From Eukaryota sp. TZLM1-RC (taxonomy: Eukaryota > Protista > Metamonada: BaSk clade), in NCBI GenBank assembly GCA_040285825.1, contig JAUPSS010000004.1, positions 5,175,784 to 5,239,783 of the forward strand: a stretch of 64,000 nucleotides of DNA. Direction: 5' to 3'. The position numbers and the translations under genes were made by a program. The notes under the pieces were generated by a model, which made no database searches, had not been told where the DNA came from, and was given only the letters and a program-made list of their open reading frames with translations. Shown here piece after piece: positions 1 through 13,190 of the stretch (position 1 is the first letter of the stretch; each line of letters starts with the position of its first letter).

Positions 1-1703
1 TTTTGAGTGAAAATTAATGCAAACAAATATTTAGTTTCAGGAGAATTAATAATTAAATACTGAAACCAATTAGAATTAATTAACACTTTACCATCAACTC
101 GAGAGTTTTTGACTGCCAGACCAAGAATGCGGGCAACTAGTCGTCGTGCGTCAAGCGAAAATGATTGGATTGTGTCATTAACGAAATTTGCAAACGGAAT
201 TTTGGTATCAAATGGTGACATACTGTTTGACAAGAAGAGCTCACTGTAAAGCGCAAAAATTTTGAGAAAATTAATGCAGTCAGGGTTAGCATTGTCTAAA
301 TAAGTGAACCTTCTGCCATATAAATTCTGAATATTTGGTAAAAAAGAGTGAAAATTTGACAAATTTTTGATTGTGATCCCAGAAACAACCAAAATTTTTC
401 GCAACAAGCTCAAAATAGAAATAATAATTTTGAAGCAGAGATCAGTGTTTGAGTGTAATCCTGATTTGATTGATTGAGCATTGATTGATGGCACCTTCAG
501 TTCCTGGGTGGCTGTTTCAGCTACAACCTTCTTCATACTCTTCACAATTCTTTCAAACAAAACGATTGATATTTTGAACCTATCCGTGCTTTTTGGTGAC
601 AACTCAGGCCAATTTTCAAGTATGATATTGACCCAATCAAAGGGAATTTGACCGTCATTATAGGAAACCAGACAGTCAATCAAAATCTGATTAATTATAT
701 CCACTCTCTCACTGTGATCAAGATTACCTTTGATAAGATTAACTAACACAGAAACCACTGAAGGTCCATATCCACGTGGCAGACATGACTTTAAAAGACT
801 CGTGACGTCATTGATTAATTGAGTATGATCGGGGTCAATGAAAGTCCAGCCGACTAATGACCTGAAGATCGAATTACTAAAATGTGACTGATCCACTTGA
901 TTGATTAATTTTGATGGCGTTATGACAGTCAGACAGTCAAAAACTGCTTTTAAACAGCAAACATGTTCATTTGAAACATCAAAACTAGCATACTTAATCA
1001 CTAAATTGAGCAAATTAGTATTAATTAAATGACGTGATATGCTTGTATTAAACCGGCAAGTAGGATACAAAACAGAAAGAGTCAAATCAATCAAATATGA
1101 CGTGAGATGAGGGTCAGATTTCTGCTTTGTTTTGGATGATTTAGTATTTTTGACAGATTTATTTCGTTCTTGCTGGGATAATTGGTAGTGTTTAGCGATA
1201 ATAGAACTGCTTTTGGTTAAAATTCTACTAATCATATGAGCAGCTGAGGAAGAATGAATCGATAAACTAGTTAAGTACTTGATGACGGACATTACTAAAG
1301 GATGGTGGGGTTCGTGAAGAGAGTTGAACATACGAGGAAGGGAAGCAAGAGCACGTTTAAGAAGGTGAGGAAAGTTGGGGGTCGTGGAGGATGCATGGAT
1401 AACATAGTGAGCAGAAAGGACGGCTTTACGGAAAACAGGTTCGCGAAAGTTAGCGTGATCGATAATGTTCCAGAGTTCAGCGAATTCAGGGGATGATTCT
1501 AGGATACGGATAAGAAAGGAGGGAGGGTGAATGACTAGTTTGGGTTTCTTTTTGGAGAGGACATTGGTCATGGAAGGTATTTTAGTGGAGGAAAAGAGAT
1601 CTAGAAGTCCATTGACAGCTGTACGTTGAACAGAAGGTTGTCCAGAGAGTCCAGTGAGAACCTTAGAGACAGAGACCTCAGGTTTGGAGTCATCAGTTGT
1701 CAT
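1..1703 (-). CDS. Large helical protein, URB1/Npa1-like (nucleolar pre-ribosome factor) N-terminal part; runs off the window edge
   Basis: Manual translation from ATG 1703 (MTTDDSKPEVSVSKVL...ILESSPEFAELW...IKSGLHS...) appears open to the window end; it is absent from the ORF track, presumably because there is no stop in the window. The URB1 call rests only on remembered resemblance (SP..EL, K.GL.S). Confidence 0.55.
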   Translation of the reverse strand, partial: MTTDDSKPEVSVSKVLTGLSGQPSVQRTAVNGLLDLFSSTKIPSMTNVLSKKKPKLVIHPPSFLIRILESSPEFAELWNIIDHANFREPVFRKAVLSAHYVIHASSTTPNFPHLLKRALASLPRMFNSLHEPHHPLVMSVIKYLTSLSIHSSSAAHMISRILTKSSSIIAKHYQLSQQERNKSVKNTKSSKTKQKSDPHLTSYLIDLTLSVLYPTCRFNTSISRHLINTNLLNLVIKYASFDVSNEHVCCLKAVFDCLTVITPSKLINQVDQSHFSNSIFRSLVGWTFIDPDHTQLINDVTSLLKSCLPRGYGPSVVSVLVNLIKGNLDHSERVDIINQILIDCLVSYNDGQIPFDWVNIILENWPELSPKSTDRFKISIVLFERIVKSMKKVVAETATQELKVPSINAQSIKSGLHSNTDLCFKIIISILSLLRKILVVSGITIKNLSNFHSFLPNIQNLYGRRFTYLDNANPDCINFLKIFALYSELFLSNSMSPFDTKIPFANFVNDTIQSFSLDARRLVARILGLAVKNSRVDGKVLINSNWFQYLIINSPETKYLFALIFTQ

Positions 1704-1984
1704 TGTGGTATTGTTTGGAAGAAGTATTGGTAATGTCTTGTTAATGAATCTAAATTCCTGCAAAATCAATTGAACCATTCTTATGTTCGATAATGATGAA
1801 ATTGAACCCGTTTTCCCTTGTTTAAAGAACAAGTTACCTTTTTAAGTTCATTTATAAACAATAAAGGCTCATAACTGATATTCAGTAAGGTATTTGTGGA
1901 TTTTGTTTGAATGATAACTTTAGTTTTACCAATGAATCTTTCAAGTGCTAATACTCAAATATTATTCCCCTCAATGGAATCTCA

Positions 1985-2300
1985 AAATCAACATCAACTA
2001 TCGAAAACTTACCTACAGCGGACTTTTCATAAGTTTTCCAAATGTTCACAACGAACTAGAATCGAAGCTGAACATTTCTTTGAAAATAGAAAATTAAATC
2101 TATTTTGCCGGAAAGTTCTTTCAAAAATTCTTCCAGTTGAATTTTTCAAAAAATATCGAGACAATTCTTTTAGAAATGATAAGAGAGGATAACTCAAATA
2201 ACGAAAGAGCAAAAGGACACAAAAGGAATTCGGTATTTAAGTTGGAATTTCAATTGTTGATGTTTTCAGCATAATTGATAATTTGGCTTTTTCAGGTCTA
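1985..2300 (-). mobile_element. Decayed 3' fragment of a CRE-like non-LTR retrotransposon (RLE tail)
   Basis: Minus strand reads AEN...FLLCPFAL...KNSTGRIFERTFRQNR, matching the RLE tails at 46.9 kb and 51.0 kb. Confidence 0.65.
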
Positions 2301-2309
2301 TGTAGAGGT

Positions 2310-5300
2310 CTATGTGTTGTTGTTTATGTAAATACAGTATATTTTCTATCGTGCATCTTGCTACAACTGTTGTAGAAAGGTTTCAGTTACACTGGTGGAT
2401 ACTAATGTCCGTTTGATCAAGTTCAAGCAAGCAAAATGACAATTTGTTCATCACATCATCTGTGATATATCCTTTTGTGACAGTCAAGGGTTACCAAGAC
2501 TATTATCGAGACCTCTGACCATGAAGAACGTCAGAACGGTTTTTCTGTTTTCACATTCAACTTGGACTTTATGCAACAATTTTTGTTATATCACCTGTTA
2601 TAGATCAACAATTTTTGACTAACAAATTTATTCAACTCCAGTTGAGTTCAATTCTTCCTTCATTTTCTCAACGTAAGATACAATTGAGAATTGACTCTTT
2701 TGGTATGCACTAGTAATGTTGTTCGTCGACTATTCATATTTTGAATAACACCATTTTTACTAAAAGAATCTAATCTATACACCAAACCAATCATTACAGA
2801 ATGCTGGAAATGCATTTCAAGAATATAAAATTGTCCAATGACAAAAGCGAGTTGATGTGGAATGAACATGGTCAAAAAAAAGTTCCATTGATAAGCATTA
2901 TTGTAACATTGAAAATTTTTCCCAAACGAATCAAAATTTTGAGGTCAAAGCACTTAATAAATTCAACACTCTTTTCTCCTCATGTATGGATCCACTTTTG
3001 TTTCATCTTAGATCTATTTTTGACATAATGGCTCCTACTCAAGACCTCTTTGATGACCACAAGATTGATTACGATAGGGATGGATGCGCTGTCATCTCTG
3101 TTGAACTCGAACACTGGGTTCCCTCCAGTGACGAGAATGGCCATGTTAAATGGTAAACACCTGCCCTCTACAAGAGATTGCTGAACAGTTAATGTGTCTG
3201 TGTTGTTGTTGATGTAAATATAGTACATTTTCTATCGTGCATCTTGCTACAACTGTTGTAGAAAGGTTGTGGTTACACACTGGTGGATGATAATGTCCTT
3301 TTGTGCAAGTTCAAGCAAGCAAAATGACAATTTGTTCATCACATCATCTGTGATATATCCTTTTGTGACAGTCAAGGGTTACCAAGACTATTATCGAGAC
3401 CTCTGACCATGAAGAACGTCATAACGGTTTTTCTGTTTTCACATTCACCTTGGACTTTATGCAACAATTTTTGTTATATCACCTGTTATAGATCAACAAT
3501 TTTTGACTAACAAATTTATTCAACTCCAGTTGAGTTCAATTCTTCCTTCATTTTCTCAACGTAAGATACAATTGAGAATTGACTCTTTTGGTATGCACTA
3601 TTATTGTTGTTCGTCGACTATTCTTATTTTGAATAACACCATTTTTACTAAAAGAATCTAAACTATACACCAAACCAATCATTACAGAATGCTGGAAATG
3701 CATTTCAAGAATATAAAATTGTCCAATGACAAAAGCGAGTTGATGTGGAATGAACATGGTCAAAAAAGAGTTCCATTGATAAGCATTATTGTAACATTGA
3801 AAATTTTTCCCAAACGAATCAAAATTTTGAGGTCAAAGCACTTAATAAATTCAACACTCTTTTCTCCTCATGTATGGATCCACTTTTGTTTCATCTTAGA
3901 TCTATTTTTGACATAATGGCTCCTACTCAAGACCTCTTTGATGACCACAAGATTGATTACGATAGGGATGGATGCGCTGTCATCTCTGTTGAACTCGAAC
4001 ACTGGGTTCCCTCCAGTGACGAAAATGGCCATGTTAAATGGTAAACACCTGCCCTCTACAAGAGATTGCTGAACAGTTAATGTTTCTGTGTTGTTGTTGA
4101 TGTAAATATAGTACATTTTCTATCGTGCATCTTGCTACAACTGTTGTAGAAAGGTTGTGGTTACACACTGGAGGATGATAATGTCCTTTTGTGCAAGTTC
4201 AAGCAAGCAAAATGACAATTTGTTCATCAAATCATCTGTGATATATCCTTTTGTGACAGTCAAGGGTTACCAAAAATATTATCGAGACCTCTGACCATGA
4301 AGAAGGTCAGAACGGTTTTTCTGTTTTCACATTCAACTTGGACTTTATGCAACAATTTTTGTTATATCACCTGTTATAGATCAACAATTTTTGACTAACA
4401 AATTTATTCAACTCCAGTTGAGTTCAATTCTTCCTTCATTTTCTCAACGTAAGATAAAATTGAGAATTGACTCTTTAGGTATGCACTAGTAATGTTGTCC
4501 GTCGACTATTCTTATTTTGAATAACACCATTTTTACTAAAACAATCTAATCTATACACCAAACCAATCATTACAGAATGCTGAAAATGCATTTCAAGAAT
4601 ATAAAATTGTCCAATGACAAAAGCGAGTTGATGTGGAATGAACATGGTAAAAAAAGAGTTCCATTGATAAAGCATTATTGTAACATTGAAAAATTTTTTT
4701 CCCAAACGAATCAAAATTTTGAGGTCAAAGCACTTAATAAATTCAACACTCTTTTCTCCTCATGTATGGATCCACTTTTTGTTTCATCTTAGATCTATTT
4801 TTTTGACATAATGGCTCCTACTCAAGACCTCTTTGATGACCACAAGATTGATTACGATAGGGATGGATGCGCTGTCATCTCTGTTGAACTCGAACACTGG
4901 GTTCCCTCCAGTGACAAAAATGGCCATGTTAAATGGTAAACACCTGCCCTCTACAAGAGATTGCTGAACAGTTAATGTTTCTGTGTTGTTGTTGAAGTAA
5001 ATATAGTACATTTTCTATCGTGCATCTTGCTACAACTGTTGTAGAAAGGTTGTGGTTACACACTGGTGGATGATAATGTCCTTTTGTGCAAGTTCAAGCA
5101 AGCAAAATGACAATTTGTTCATCACATCATCTGTGATATATCCTTTTGTGACAGTCAAGGGTTACCAAAAATATTATCGAGACCTCTGACCATGAAGAAC
5201 GTCATAACGGTTTTTCTGTTTTCACATTCAACTTGGACTTTATGCAACAATTTTTGTTATATCACCTGCTATAGATCAACAATTTTTGACTAACAAATTT

Positions 5301-8300
5301 ATTCAACTCCAGTTGAGTTCAATTCTTCCTTCATTTTCTCAACGTAAGATACAATTGAGAATTGACTCTTTGGTATGCACTAGTAATGTTGTTCGTCGAC
5401 TATTCTTATTTTGAATAACACCATTTTTACTAAAAAGAATCTAAATCTATACACCAAAACCAATCATTACAGAATGCTGAAAATGCATTTCAAGAATATA
5501 AAATTGTCCAATGACAAAAGCGAGTTGATGTGGAATGAACATGGTAAAAAAAGAGTTCCATTGAAAAGCATTATTGAACATTGAAAATTTTTCCCAAATG
5601 AATCAAAATTTTCAGGTCAAAGCACTTAATAAATTCAACACTCTTTTCTCCTCATGTGAAGATCCACTTTTGTTTCATCTTAGATCCATTTTTGACATAA
5701 TGGCTCCTACTCAAGACCTCTTTGATGACCACAAGATTGATTACGATAGGGATGGATGCGCTGTCATCTCTGTTGAACTCGAACACTGGGTTCCCTCCAG
5801 TGACGAAAATGGCCATGTTAAATGGTAAACACCTGCCCTCTACAAGAGATTGCTGAACAGTTAATGTTTCTGTGTTGTTGTTGATGTAAATATAGTACAT
5901 TTTCTATCGTGCATCTTGCTACAACTGTTGTAGAAAGGTTGTGGTTACACACTGGTGGATGATAATGTCCTTTTGTGTAAGTTCGAGCAAGCAAAATGAC
6001 AATTTGTTCATCACATCATCTGTGATATATCCTTTTGTGACAGTCAAGGGTTACCAAAAATATTATCGAGACCTCTGACCATGAAGAACGTCAGAACGGT
6101 TTTTCTGTTTTCACATTCAACTTGGACTTTATGCAACAATTTTTGTTATATCACCTGCTATAGATAAACAATTTTTGACTAACAAATTTATTCAACTCCA
6201 GTTGAGTTCAATTCTTCCTTCATTTTCTCAACGTAAGATACAATTGAGAATTGACTCTGTTAATATACACTAGTAATGTTGTTCGTCGACTATTCTTATT
6301 TTGAATAACACCATTTTTACTAAAAGAATCTAATCTATACACCAAACCAATCATTACAGAATGCTGGAAATGCATTTCAAGAATATAAAATTGTCCAATG
6401 ACAAAAGCGAGTTGATGTGGAATGAACATGGTCAAAAAAGAGTTCCATTGATAAGCATTATTGTAACATTGAAAATTTTTCCCAAACGAATCAAAATTTT
6501 GAGGTCAAAGCACTTAATAAATTCAACACTCTTTTCTCCTCATGTATGGATCCACTTTTGTTTCATCTTAGATCTATTTTTGACATAATGGCTCCTACTC
6601 AAGACCTCTTTGATGACCACAAGATTGATTACGATAGGGATGGATGCGCTGTCATCTCTGTTGAACTCGAACACTGGGTTCCCTCCAGTGACGAAAATGG
6701 CCATGTTAAATGGTAAACACCTGCCCTCTACAAGAGATTGCTGAACAGTTAATGTTTCTGTGTTGTTGTTGATGTAAATATAGTACATTTTCTATCGTGC
6801 ATCTTGCTACAACTGTTGTAGAAAGGTTGTGGTTACACACTGGTGGATGATAATGTCCTTTTGTGCAAGTTCGAGCAAGCAAAATGACAATTTGTTCATC
6901 ACATCATCTGTGATATATCCTTTTGTGACAGTCAAGGGTTACCAAAAATATTATCGAGACCTCTGACCATGAAGAACGTCAGAACGGTTTTTCTGTTTTC
7001 ACATTCAACTTGGACTTTATGCAACAATTTTTGTTATATCACCTGTTATAGATCAACAATTTTTGACTAACAAATTGATTCAACTCCAGTTGAGTTCAAT
7101 TCTTCCTTCATTTTCTCAACGTAAGATACAATTGAGAATTGACTCTTTTGGTATGCACTAGTAATGTTGTTCGTCGACTATTCTTATTTTGAATAACACC
7201 ATTTTTACTAAAAGAATCTAATCTATACACCAAACCAATCATTACAGAATGCTGGAAATGAATTTCAAGAATATAAAATTGTCCAATGACAAAAGCGAGT
7301 TGATGTGGAATGAACATGGTCAAAAAAAAAGTTCCATTGATAAGCATTATTGTAACATTGAAAATTTTTCCCAAACGAATCAAAATTTTGAGGTCAAAGC
7401 ACTTAATAAATTCAACACTCTTTTCTCCTCATGTATGGATCCACTTTTGTTTCATCTTAGATCTATTTTTGACATAATGGCTCCTACTCAAGACCTCTTT
7501 GATGACCACAAGATTGATTACGATAGGGATGGATGCGCTGTCATCTCTGTTGAACTCGAACACTGGGTTCCCTCCAGTGACGAAAATGGCCATGTTAAAT
7601 GGTAAACACCTGCCCTCTACAGGAGATTGCTGAACAGTTAATGTTTCTGTGTTGTTGTTGATGTAAATATAGTACATTTTCTATCGTGCATCTTGCTACA
7701 ACTGTTGTAGAAAGGTTGTGGTTACACACTGGTGGATGATAATGTCCTTTTGTGCAAGTTCAAGCAAGCAAAATGACAATTTGTTCATCACATCATCTGT
7801 GATATATCCTTTTGTGACAGTCAAGGGTTACCAAAAATATTATCGAGACCTCTGACCATGAAGAACGTCATAACGGTTTTTCTGTTTTCACATTCAACTT
7901 GGACTTTATGCATCAATTTTTGTTATATCACCTGCTATAGATCAACAATTTTTGACTAACAAATTTATTCAACTCCAGTTGAGTTCAATTCTTCCTTCAT
8001 GTTCTCAACGTAAGATACAATTGAGAATTGACTCTTTTGGTATACACTAGTAATGTTGTTCGTCGACTATTCTTATTTTTAATAACACCATTTTTACTAA
8101 AAGAATCTAATCTATACACCAAACCAATCATTACAGAATGCTGGAAATGCATTTCAAGAATATAAAATTGTCCAATGACAAAAGCGAGTTGATGTGGAAT
8201 GAACATGGTCAAAAAAGAGTTCCATTGATAAGCATTATTGTAACATTGAAAATTTTTCCCAAACGAATCAAAATTTTGAGGTCAAAGCACTTAATAAATT

Positions 8301-11300
8301 CAACACTCTTTTCTCCTCATGTATGGATCCACTTTTGTTTCATCTTAGATCTATTTTTGACATAATGGCTCCTACTCAAGACCTCTTTGATGACCACAAG
8401 ATTGATTACGATAGGGATGGATGCGCTGTCATCTCTGTTGAACTCGAACACTGGGTTCCCTCCAGTGACGAAAATGGCCATGTTAAATGGTAAACACCTG
8501 CCCTCTACAAGAGATTGCTGAACAGTTAATGTTTCTGTGTTGTTGTTGATGTAAATATAGTACATTTTCTATCGTGCATCTTGCTACAACTGTTGTAGAA
8601 AGGTTGTGGTTACACACTGGTGGATGATAATGTCCTTTTGTGCAAGTTCAAGCAAGCAAAATGACAATTTGTTCATCACATCATCTGTGATATATCCTTT
8701 TGTGACAGTCAAGGGTTACCAAAAATATTATCGAGACCTCTGACCATGAAGAACGTCATAACGGTTTTTCTGTTTTCACATTCAACTTGGACTTTATGCA
8801 ACAATTTTTGTTATATCACCTGTTATAGATCAACAATTTTTGACTAACAAATTTACTCAACTCCAGTTGAGTTCAATTCTTCCTTCATTTTCTCAACGTA
8901 AGATACAATTGAGAATTGACTCTTTTGGTATGCACTAGTAATGTTGTTCGTCGACTATTCTTATTTTGAATAACACCATTTTTACTAAAAGAATCTAATC
9001 TATACACCAAACCAATCATTACAGAATGCTGGAAATGCATTTCAAGAATATAAAATTGTCCAATGACAAAAGCGAGTTGATGTGGAATGAACATGGTCAA
9101 AAAAGAGTTCCATTGATAAGCATTATTGTAACATTGAAAATTTTTCCCAAACGAATCAAAATTTTGAGGTCAAAGCACTTAATAAATTCAACACTCTTTT
9201 CTCCTCATGTATAGATCCACTTTTGTTTCATCTTAGATCTATTTTTGACATAATGGCTCCTACTCAAGACCTCTTTGATGACCACAAGATTGATTACGAT
9301 AGGGATGGATGCGCTGTCATCTCTGTTGAACTCGAACACTGGGTTCCCTCCAGTGACGAAAATGGCCATGTTAAATGGTAAACACCTGCCCTCTACAAGA
9401 GATTGCTGAACAGTTAATGTTTCTGTGTTGTTGTTGATGTAAATATAGTACATTTTCTATCGTGCATCTTGCTACAACTGTTGTAGAAAGGTTGTGGTTA
9501 CACACTGGTGGATGATAATGTCCTTTTGTGCAAGTTCAAGCAAGCAAAATGACAATTTGTTCATCACATCATCTGTGATATATCCTTTTGTGACAGTCAA
9601 GGGTTACCAAAAATATTATCGAGACCTCTGACCATGAAGAACGTCATAACGGTGTTTCTGTTTTCACATTCAACTTGGACTTTATGCAACAATTTTTGTT
9701 ATATCACCTGCTATAGATCAACAATTTTTGACTAACAAATTTATTCAACTCCAGTTGAGTTCAATTCTTCTTTCATTTTCTCAACGTAAGATACAATTGA
9801 GAATTGACTCTTTTGGTATGCACTAGTAATGTTGTTCGTCGACTATTCTTATTTTGAATAACATCATTTTTACTAAAAGAATCTAATCTATACACCAAAC
9901 CAATCATTACAGAATGCTGGAAATGCATTTCAAGAATATAAAATTGTCCAATGACAAAAGCGAGTTGATGTGGAATGAACATGGTCAAAAAAAAAGTTCC
10001 ATTGATAAGCATTATTGTAACATTGAAAATTTCTCCCAAACGAATCAAAATTTTGAGGTCAAAGCACTTAATAAATTCAACACTCTTTTCTCCTCATGTA
10101 TGGATCCACTTTTGTTTCATCTTAGATCTATTTTTGACATAATGGCTCCTACTCAAGACCTCTTTGATGACCACAAGATTGATTACGATAGGGATGGATG
10201 CGCTGTCATCTCTGTTGAACTCGAACACTGGGTTCCCTCCAGTGACGAAAATGGCCATGTTAAATGGTAAACACCTGCCCTCTACAAGAGATTGCTGAAC
10301 AGTTAATGTTTCTGTGTTGTTGTTGATGTAAATATAGTACATTTTCTATCGTGCATCTTGCTACAACTGTTGTAGAAAGGTTGTGGTTACACACTGGTGG
10401 ATGATAATGTCCTTTTGTGCAAGTTCAAGCAAGCAAAATGACAATTTGTTCATCACATCATCTGTGATATATCCTTTTGTGACAGTCAAGGGTTACCAAA
10501 AATATTATCGAGACCTCTGACCATGAAGAACGTCATAACGGTGTTTCTGTTTTCACATTCAACTTGGACTTTATGCAACAATTTTTGTTATATCACCTGC
10601 TATAGATCAACAATTTTTGACTAACAAATTTATTCAACTCCAGTTGAGTTCAATTCTTCTTTCATTTTCTCAACGTAAGATACAATTGAGAATTGACTCT
10701 TTTGGTATGCACTAGTAATGTTGTTCGTCGACTATTCTTATTTTGAATAACATCATTTTTTTACTAAAAAGAATCTAATCTATACACCAAACCAATCATT
10801 ACAGAATGCTGGAAATGCATTTCAAGAATATAAAATTGTCCAATGACAAAAGCGAGTTGATGTGGAATGAACATGGTCAAAAAAAGTTCCATTGATAAGC
10901 ATTATTGTAACATTGAAAATTTCTCCCCAAACGAATCAAAAATTTTTGAGGTCAAAGCACTTAATAAATTCAACACTCTTTTTCTCCTCATGTATGGATC
11001 CACTTTTTGTTTCATCTTAGATCTATTTTTTTGACATAATGGCTCCTACTCAAGACCTCTTTGATGACCACAAGATTGATTACGATAGGGATGGATGCGC
11101 TGTCATCTCTGTTGAACTCGAACACTGGGTTCCCTCCAGTGACGAAAATGGCCATGTTAAATGGTAAAAACCTGCCCTCTACAGGAGATTGCTGAACAGT
11201 TAATGTTTCTGTGTTGTTGTTGATGTAAATAAAGTATATTTTCTATCTTGCATCTTGCTAAGACTGTTGTAGAAAGGTTGTGGTTACACACTGGTGGATG

Positions 11301-13190
11301 ATAATGTCCTTTTGTGCAAGTTCAAGCAAGCAAAATGACAATTTGTTCATCAAATCATCTGTGATATATCCTTTTGTGACAGTCAAGGGTTACCAAGACT
11401 ATTATCGAGACCTCTGACCATGAAGAACGTCATAACGGTTTTTCTGTTTTCACATTCAACTTGGACTTTATGCAACAATTTTTGTTATATCACCTGCTAT
11501 AGATCAACAATTTTTGACTAACAAATTTATTCAATTCCAGTTGAGTTCAATTCTTCCTTCATTTTCTCAACGTAAGATACAATTGATAATTGACTCTTTT
11601 GGTATACACTAGTAATGTTGTTCGTCGACTATTCTTATTTTGAATAACACCATTTTTACTAAAAGAATCTAATCTATACACCAAACCAATCATTACAGAA
11701 TGCTGGAAATGCATTTCAAGAATATAAAATTGTCCAATGACAAAAGCGAGTTGATGTGGAATGAACATGGTCAAAAAAAAGTTCCATTGATAAGCATTAT
11801 TGTAACATTGAAAATTTTTCCCAAACGAATCAAAATTTTGAGGTCAAAGCACTTAATAAATTCAACACTCTTTTCTCCTCATGTATGGATCCACTTTTGT
11901 TTCATCTTAGATCTATTTTTGACATAATGGCTCCTACTCAAGACCTCTTTGATGACCACAAGATTGATTACGATAGGGATGGATGCGCTGTCATCTCTGT
12001 TGAACTCGAACACTGGGTTCCCTCCAGTGATGAAAATGGCCATGTTAAATGGTAAAAACCTGCCCTCTACAAGAGATTGCTGAACAGTTAATGTTTCTGT
12101 GTTGTTGTTGATGTAAATAAAGTATATTTTCTATCTTGCATCTTGCTAAGACTGTTGTAGAAAGGTTGTGGTTACACACTGGTGGATGATAATGTCCTTT
12201 TGTGCAAGTTCAAGCAAGCAAAATGACAATTTGTTCATCACATCATCTGTGATATATCCTTTTGTGACAGTCAAGGGTTACCAAGACTATTATCGAGACC
12301 GCTGACCATGAAAAACGTCATAACGGTTTTTCTGTTTTCACATTCAACTTGGATTTTATGCAACAATTTTTGTTATATCACCTGTTATAGATCAACAATT
12401 TTTGACTAACAAATTTATTCAACTCCAGTTGAATTCAATTTTTCCTTCATTCTCTCAACGAAAGATAAAATTGAGAATTGACTCTATTGGTATGCACTAG
12501 TAATGTTGTCCGTCGACTATGCTTATTTTGAATAACACCATTTTTACTAAAACAATCTAATCTATACACCAAACCAATCATTACATAATGCTGAAAATGC
12601 ATTCCAAGAATATAAAATTGTCCAATGACAAAAGCTAGTTGATGTGGAATGAACATGGTCAAAAAAGAGTTCCAATGAAAAGCATTATTGTAACATTGAA
12701 AATTTTTCCCAAACGATTCAAAATTTTCAAGGTCAAAGCACTTAATAAATTCAACACTCTTTTCTCCTCATGTTTGGATCCATTTTTGTTTCATCTAGAT
12801 CTATTTTTGACATAATGGCTCCTACTCAAGACCTCTTTGATGACCACAAGATTGATTACGATAGGGATGGATGCGCTGTCATCTCTGTTGAACTCGAACA
12901 CTGGGTTCCCTCCAGTGACGAAAATGGCCATGTTAAATGGTAAACACCTGCCCTCTACAAGAGATTGCTGAACAGTTAATGTGTCTGTGTTGTTGTTGAT
13001 GTAAATAAAGTATATTTTCTATCTTGCATCTTGCTAAGACTGTTGTAGAAAGGTTGTGGTTACATACTAGTGGATGATAATGTCCAAAAAAAAGTTTGAT
13101 CAATTTGAAGCAAGCAAAATCACAATTCGTACAGTACTTCATCTTGAATAAATTCCTTTTGTGATAGTCAAGGGTTACCAAGACTATGGA
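2310..13190 (+). repeat. Tandem array of a ~888-bp unit, ~12.3 near-identical copies
   Basis: The anchor atggctcctactcaagac recurs at about 3028, 3916, 4811, 5700, 6588, 7477, 8365, 9253, 10142, 11039, 11927 and 12815; identical short ORFs recur in the ORF track at 888-889-bp spacing. Confidence 0.98.

Noticed and set aside
2310-13190. Array as a CRISPR-like or guide-RNA array for the adjacent Fanzor
   Set aside because: Units are nearly identical along their whole length with no variable spacer, and they lie 5' of the nuclease whereas omegaRNAs derive from the 3' end.
2310-13190. Array as 5S, snRNA or spliced-leader RNA genes, or a retrozyme
   Set aside because: No 5S or snRNA sequence or hammerhead core was recognised; Sm-like AATTTTTG hits are expected by chance in AT-rich DNA. 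An Infernal/Rfam scan would settle it.
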